IMG/VR virus record: IMGVR_UViG_3300001533_003062
Coordinates: 1 to 64,000 of that record
Strand: one strand, 5' to 3'
Source of the DNA: a virus
DNA length: 64,000 bases
A program made the translations under genes and the position numbers. Of the stretch, positions 59,774 through 64,000 are shown piece by piece. The notes beneath the pieces are model-generated. The model did not search any database. It had not been told where the DNA came from and saw nothing but the letters and a program-made list of their open reading frames with translations. Numbering within the stretch: position 1 is the first letter of the stretch; each line of letters opens with the position of its first letter.

Positions 59774-60379
59774 TTAGAAATTAGAATACCTATCAACAGC
59801 CATATCGAAAGCTGTTTTAGATTTCTTTTTATCCTCGTCGCCGAATTGAGCCCCAGGTTCTTCCTTAAACTCGACCCTGCCGTCTGAATCCTCTTTATCT
59901 TTAGTAGTTCTCTTCTTAGGCTTAGGCTCTTCGTCTTCTTCATCTTCCTCGTCTTCTTCATCTTCCTCGTCTAAGTCATTCTCGTCTGTCTCTTTTTCAG
60001 TCTTCTTTTTAGGTTTATCTTCTTCCTCTTCATCGACTTCTTCCTCAAAAACATCCTCTTCAGTATCATCGTCAGTATCTATAGGGTCTCCAGAATCATC
60101 CGCCGCCTCTATAAAAAATCTCTCACTTTCCTCAGTAGCAGCGTACTTCATATCTCCCCCACAAGCCTTACAAGAAACCGTGTCATCTACAGAAACACTG
60201 GCCACATACTCTATCCCGTTGTCCGAAGCAAATTTAGACCGGATACTATTAATAGATGCCAGATTAGAAGTGTGATTACAACTTTCACAAACAAAGTAGG
60301 TTTTCTCCGACGCCTGCTTCTCTATCATATCTGCTATCTCGAAGAGCTTCTCTGCCGCCTGTTTTACATTAAAAGACAT
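59774..60379 (-). CDS. Zn-ribbon protein with highly acidic C-terminal half, 201 aa
   Basis: CESC...CKAC pair; D/E-rich tail; AGGAG RBS. Confidence 0.75.
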   Translation of the reverse strand: MSFNVKQAAEKLFEIADMIEKQASEKTYFVCESCNHTSNLASINSIRSKFASDNGIEYVASVSVDDTVSCKACGGDMKYAATEESERFFIEAADDSGDPIDTDDDTEEDVFEEEVDEEEEDKPKKKTEKETDENDLDEEDEEDEEDEEDEEPKPKKRTTKDKEDSDGRVEFKEEPGAQFGDEDKKKSKTAFDMAVDRYSNF

Positions 60380-60439
60380 ATTTATTCTCCTTTAAAATTG
60401 ATATACGACTAATAAATTTATAAGTATAACACAGATACT

Positions 60440-60454
60440 TATGAAAAGATTATT
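60440..60454 (-). promoter_or_regulatory. Candidate late promoter AATAATCTTTTCATA
   Basis: Motif copy about 60 bp upstream of the ATG at 60379. Confidence 0.55.
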
Positions 60455-60493
60455 AATTTTTTACACATAATCCATATATGTTAGGTTCATGCA

Positions 60494-61933
60494 TTAGCTG
60501 CTTAGCACTCCTACGGTAATTAGGGTTAAGTTAAATATTGCGGCAACGAGTGGGGGTAAAGCGTACATAATATTTTCGAAGGTTACTGTTCTTCCGGTTC
60601 TTTCATACTGGTCAGGTATCTCCGGTTTATTAGGTATCGCAGGACTTGCATCTGAAGAAGGAGCCTCCCTAAAGGCGTTAAAAGAAGCAGGAACATTAAC
60701 TACGCCTCCGTTAATAGGTACTACATACCTTATATCCTGCTGATCTAAAGGAGATAAATTGAAATGCTGTTGGTATATAGCACCCCTCGATCCTTGCGGG
60801 TTCACACGCGCAATAGAATACCTATCATTATTGCCTCTAACTATAAAATCTCTATCATTTATAAGCGGATGAGGGCCTGTCCACGTAGCCCAATCATAAG
60901 ATATGTGTAGACCTATATCTGTTAAATTTACCATTTTCTCTGTTTCTGGAGGTGCCACTAAGATATCATACGGGCCCTCGTAACCCCCCGTATACCCTGT
61001 ACCAAAACATAGAGGACAGTCAGTCTTAGACTGCCTGTATTGCTCATCCCAGCAAGAACACCTTTCACCCGCCCATTTACGTATAAATAACTTTACACGC
61101 TCTCCCGCCTGCTCTAAGAGCCACTTATTCCTTCTGATAGCCTCGGCCCAAATCCAATCTACTTTTTCCATATCGTAGAGACTGATGGGGTCTATTTGAT
61201 TTAAGGGGGTCTCCATGGTAGCCCCTGACTCTGGGTCTAAAGCTACCGTGGCCACCTTGTAGTAAATTTTTCTATTTATATCCGTCTGAATAGCATTATT
61301 TATGTAGGTATAGGAAATCCTCACCTCTCCACCCATATTAGGGTCGGGTAATATTGGTTTATCTATTTGGTGCGTAGTATGGTTAAAGATCTTATTTTTA
61401 ATAAGATATACTTCTCCCGCATCTCCCAAAACCTTAAAAGCAGGCACAGTCTGAAAATCATCAGAACTCGTAGCTTTTATATCCACCCTTACATGCTGCG
61501 GCGAGTTAGCTATCTGACCGTTGGTGCCTGGTATTGTTATAGGTTTATAATACGTCTTTATTATCCAATCCCCGGTGGCATTAGTCCCCGCAATAAGCCT
61601 TCCCCCAAGCATTGGATCTTCCTCTAAAACTAAAACTTCTCTAGTCTCGTCTCTATAATAAAGAGAGCCTATAGGAGTATCATTTAATTTTTCGTAGTTA
61701 CCTTCAGGAGTATCATAAGACCTATAAATATTAACGCCCAACATATCTAGATTATTATGCTCGGCATATATGCCCGGATTATCCCATCTTATATCTATCA
61801 CGCCTATTAAATAAGGACTTGTCACATGCACATTCTTAGGTCCTAGGGGAAGAGACGGCGGAGTGTAGTCACCCTCCTTATAAGGTAGTTTGAAACCAGG
61901 CCTGCTATATGCTCCGAAATCGTGACTTAACAT
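60494..61933 (-). CDS. Putative neck/head-closure protein with FN3-like and Zn-finger parts, 479 aa
   Basis: IRW...GVNIYRS...YYRD...YYKV FN3-like; GERVKLFIRK...RCSC...CPLCFGTGYTGGY; WTGPHPLINDRDFIV...RY.I..V head-closure-like barrel. Confidence 0.55.
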   Translation of the reverse strand: MLSHDFGAYSRPGFKLPYKEGDYTPPSLPLGPKNVHVTSPYLIGVIDIRWDNPGIYAEHNNLDMLGVNIYRSYDTPEGNYEKLNDTPIGSLYYRDETREVLVLEEDPMLGGRLIAGTNATGDWIIKTYYKPITIPGTNGQIANSPQHVRVDIKATSSDDFQTVPAFKVLGDAGEVYLIKNKIFNHTTHQIDKPILPDPNMGGEVRISYTYINNAIQTDINRKIYYKVATVALDPESGATMETPLNQIDPISLYDMEKVDWIWAEAIRRNKWLLEQAGERVKLFIRKWAGERCSCWDEQYRQSKTDCPLCFGTGYTGGYEGPYDILVAPPETEKMVNLTDIGLHISYDWATWTGPHPLINDRDFIVRGNNDRYSIARVNPQGSRGAIYQQHFNLSPLDQQDIRYVVPINGGVVNVPASFNAFREAPSSDASPAIPNKPEIPDQYERTGRTVTFENIMYALPPLVAAIFNLTLITVGVLSS

Positions 61934-61935
61934 TA

Positions 61936-63999
61936 TTAAACCCCATCCCTTATTCCAAAAGTACTTTTATGTATCCGCTCGATATTATCCTCACCGGTAT
62001 AGTCATTAACCATTTTAAAAGAAGATACACTCACGGGGCCACCAGATACACCACCCACCGAGAACTGGATCCCTGTATAAGAGGGTTCCCACAGTGTTAT
62101 GGACTTCTCATAAACGGAACCATTACCCCTAACCTTATAATCCATTACAGCGCCTGTAACGCCCATAATGCCCGTCACACCCAAATCCACCAGTACCTCA
62201 CCAGAAATCTCTGGAGCGGGTATAGTGTAAGAAATCCCATCTACTTTATGAGATATGCTTACTCCTGATTTTTTATTTATAGAGAACCCATGAGTCCCAT
62301 TACTCAGCTCTATTTTAAAGTCATTCACGGAATCCACTTTAAGGTGCATCCTTAAAGGAAATTCAAAATACTCGTCGTACATAACCGAGCCGCCATCAAA
62401 GACTTTTAAACTGTTGAAGTTAAAATTAACTTCTCCCGAGGTGGACCACTCTTCCCTTAAAAATTTACTTACTATTTTTCCTCCTCGGTCTACCTCTACT
62501 GTTTTAGACACACCTATTAGGTGCATACCTGATGCACCTGTAAATTCAGGATATATACCGGGGAAAACTATTATATTCTCCGCAGAAGATGCAGCAATAG
62601 CTCCGTTTATAGTCCGGAAAGGTCCTGTATAAGAACCATTGTATGTCCCGGTCTCAGACCCTATCATAAAATACCCTGTATCACCCCCATCCGGAGATAC
62701 ATAAACTTTATTGGCAGACAAACTAGGATACGATGAGTGTATTAAAGCAGTATTATCTAAACCTGACACACCTACATCTACCCTAGAGTAGCCCTTGAAA
62801 AGAATATTTCTACTACGGTACCGACCTATTTCAGGTATACCCACCATACCTGTATAACCCGCAGCAGGATTCAAATTTACGTTTAAATCCTTAGCCTCTA
62901 AGAAGGCTCTATCAAGGGTTGCAAAAGGACCTGTTTCACCTCCTGTACCTATAAAATCGAAACCTCTCTCGTCAATATAGTTAATAAGGTCGCCACTAAC
63001 GCCCGTTACATACTCAAAAGCACCTATATCCGGTGTTACGTAATTTCTTCTAGCGCCTAGTTTATCTTTATTTCTATTAAAGGGCACCGCATTATATACT
63101 GTACCTCCCGTTATCCCTAACCAAGCCTGTGCCCATCTCTCGGGATCTGCGGAATCTATACTAGGAGACCCTGACCTTAGTTTAAAGTCATTACCTGGAA
63201 TATCCTTGAATAAGGTATCTGCAGAGATGTTGCCCGTATCATCAGAGGCCACAGATCCATCGTAATTAGTGGTTACCCCGTAAAAATTATTATATCTTAT
63301 CTTAACTGGGGTATTTAAGTATACCCCCAGAGCTATATCAGGGAAGGGAGCTCCTAGACCTGAAAAATTATTCGAGTCTATACTACTGTTGGTATCTATG
63401 ATATTTTGGGCCCTTATGGCCTCACCACTAATCGCAGGAGCACCCTCTGAGTACATCACCCTTAGTACCTCACCCACCTCTAACTGATTTTCTAATATGA
63501 GGCCTTCCCATGAAACTATGTACCCGTTACCTATTACAGTGTAATCATCCCCATAGTAAAAACTGGGACCTGTTGTAACAGAAAGACCTACATCGTACCC
63601 GTAGCTATTTTGGGACGCCAAAGAAGGTAAGGATATCCTCTTATTCTGTATATCGAAAGGAGTTAAAGTATGGTATATTACCCTTAAGCTACTATCTGGA
63701 GGCACCGTCGAGGATACCGTCCCAGAATCCACTATAGTATTATGATAAACCTCAAGATGGCCTATGGTATTCACATCGATAGATCTGGACCCCCTCGCAA
63801 ATACATTACCAGATATATTTACGCCCTTAGCCGTCTCTATTTTAATACCCTCTACAAAACCTATAAAATCACACTGAGCTATCGAAATATAATTAACATC
63901 TTTAATATTTATAGGATTATCTATACCATCGAAATAACACTCTTTTAGGGATATACTCCCCAACCCTACGCTAGATACCACTACGCCCTCTATGAGAGA
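61936..63999 (-). CDS. Right-handed beta-helix (pectin lyase-like) virion protein, 5' end outside the window
   Basis: Frame stays open to the window edge; NISGNVF/YHNTI/YNNF rungs; DFKLRSGSPSIDSA, PDIGAFEY, YVSPDG...GPFRTINGAI (DUF1565-like) motifs. Confidence 0.75.
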   Translation of the reverse strand, partial: SLIEGVVVSSVGLGSISLKECYFDGIDNPINIKDVNYISIAQCDFIGFVEGIKIETAKGVNISGNVFARGSRSIDVNTIGHLEVYHNTIVDSGTVSSTVPPDSSLRVIYHTLTPFDIQNKRISLPSLASQNSYGYDVGLSVTTGPSFYYGDDYTVIGNGYIVSWEGLILENQLEVGEVLRVMYSEGAPAISGEAIRAQNIIDTNSSIDSNNFSGLGAPFPDIALGVYLNTPVKIRYNNFYGVTTNYDGSVASDDTGNISADTLFKDIPGNDFKLRSGSPSIDSADPERWAQAWLGITGGTVYNAVPFNRNKDKLGARRNYVTPDIGAFEYVTGVSGDLINYIDERGFDFIGTGGETGPFATLDRAFLEAKDLNVNLNPAAGYTGMVGIPEIGRYRSRNILFKGYSRVDVGVSGLDNTALIHSSYPSLSANKVYVSPDGGDTGYFMIGSETGTYNGSYTGPFRTINGAIAASSAENIIVFPGIYPEFTGASGMHLIGVSKTVEVDRGGKIVSKFLREEWSTSGEVNFNFNSLKVFDGGSVMYDEYFEFPLRMHLKVDSVNDFKIELSNGTHGFSINKKSGVSISHKVDGISYTIPAPEISGEVLVDLGVTGIMGVTGAVMDYKVRGNGSVYEKSITLWEPSYTGIQFSVGGVSGGPVSVSSFKMVNDYTGEDNIERIHKSTFGIRDGV

Positions 64000-64000
64000 T

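Noticed and set aside
59731-59961. 76-aa Lys/Arg-rich minus-strand ORF
   Set aside because: It is an alternative-frame reading of the GAA/GAC-rich acidic tail of 59774..60379 and runs through the terminator.
791-63948. Numerous short plus-strand ORFs (for example 3758..3985, 36469..36984, 52908..53390)
   Set aside because: They lie antisense to long, coherent minus-strand genes and show no recognisable motifs; treated as shadow ORFs.
1-64000. Alternative genetic code, as seen in some large phages
   Set aside because: Standard-code ORFs tile the window densely, and TAA, TAG and TGA all end genes next to the following start.

Overview
A 64-kb stretch of an AT-rich, densely coding genome that reads as the tail and neck morphogenesis module of a large (jumbo-type) contractile-tailed bacteriophage. 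Almost every gene is on the minus strand and uses the standard code. In transcription order (right to left): a beta-helix protein (partial), a neck-like Zn-finger protein, a Zn-ribbon/acidic protein, a tnpB-only element with a putative omegaRNA, a two-gene cassette with a volactin/Mad28-like actin, a tail terminator-like protein, an FmdB-type Zn ribbon, tail sheath, an acidic repeat protein, tail tube, two chaperones, tape measure, two tube-like baseplate proteins (one with an SLT lytic domain), hub, spike, a three-repeat putative spike tip, a 3565-aa baseplate-region protein, gp25-like and baseplate-J wedge proteins, and a BNR-propeller protein. It ends in a cluster of collagen/PKD/LamG/DUF285/beta-roll fibre genes with one opposite-strand GT2 glycosyltransferase. 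No capsid, portal, terminase, tRNA, CRISPR array or reverse transcriptase was recognised. The most notable observations are the late-expressed actin-plus-partner cassette, a 46-bp single-hairpin IS200/IS605 remnant, a LamG fold apparently split across two genes, a doubly frameshifted DUF285 repeat gene, a recurring 15-bp late-promoter candidate, and a possible virion glycosylation system. All product calls come from motif recognition and gene order by eye, not database searches.
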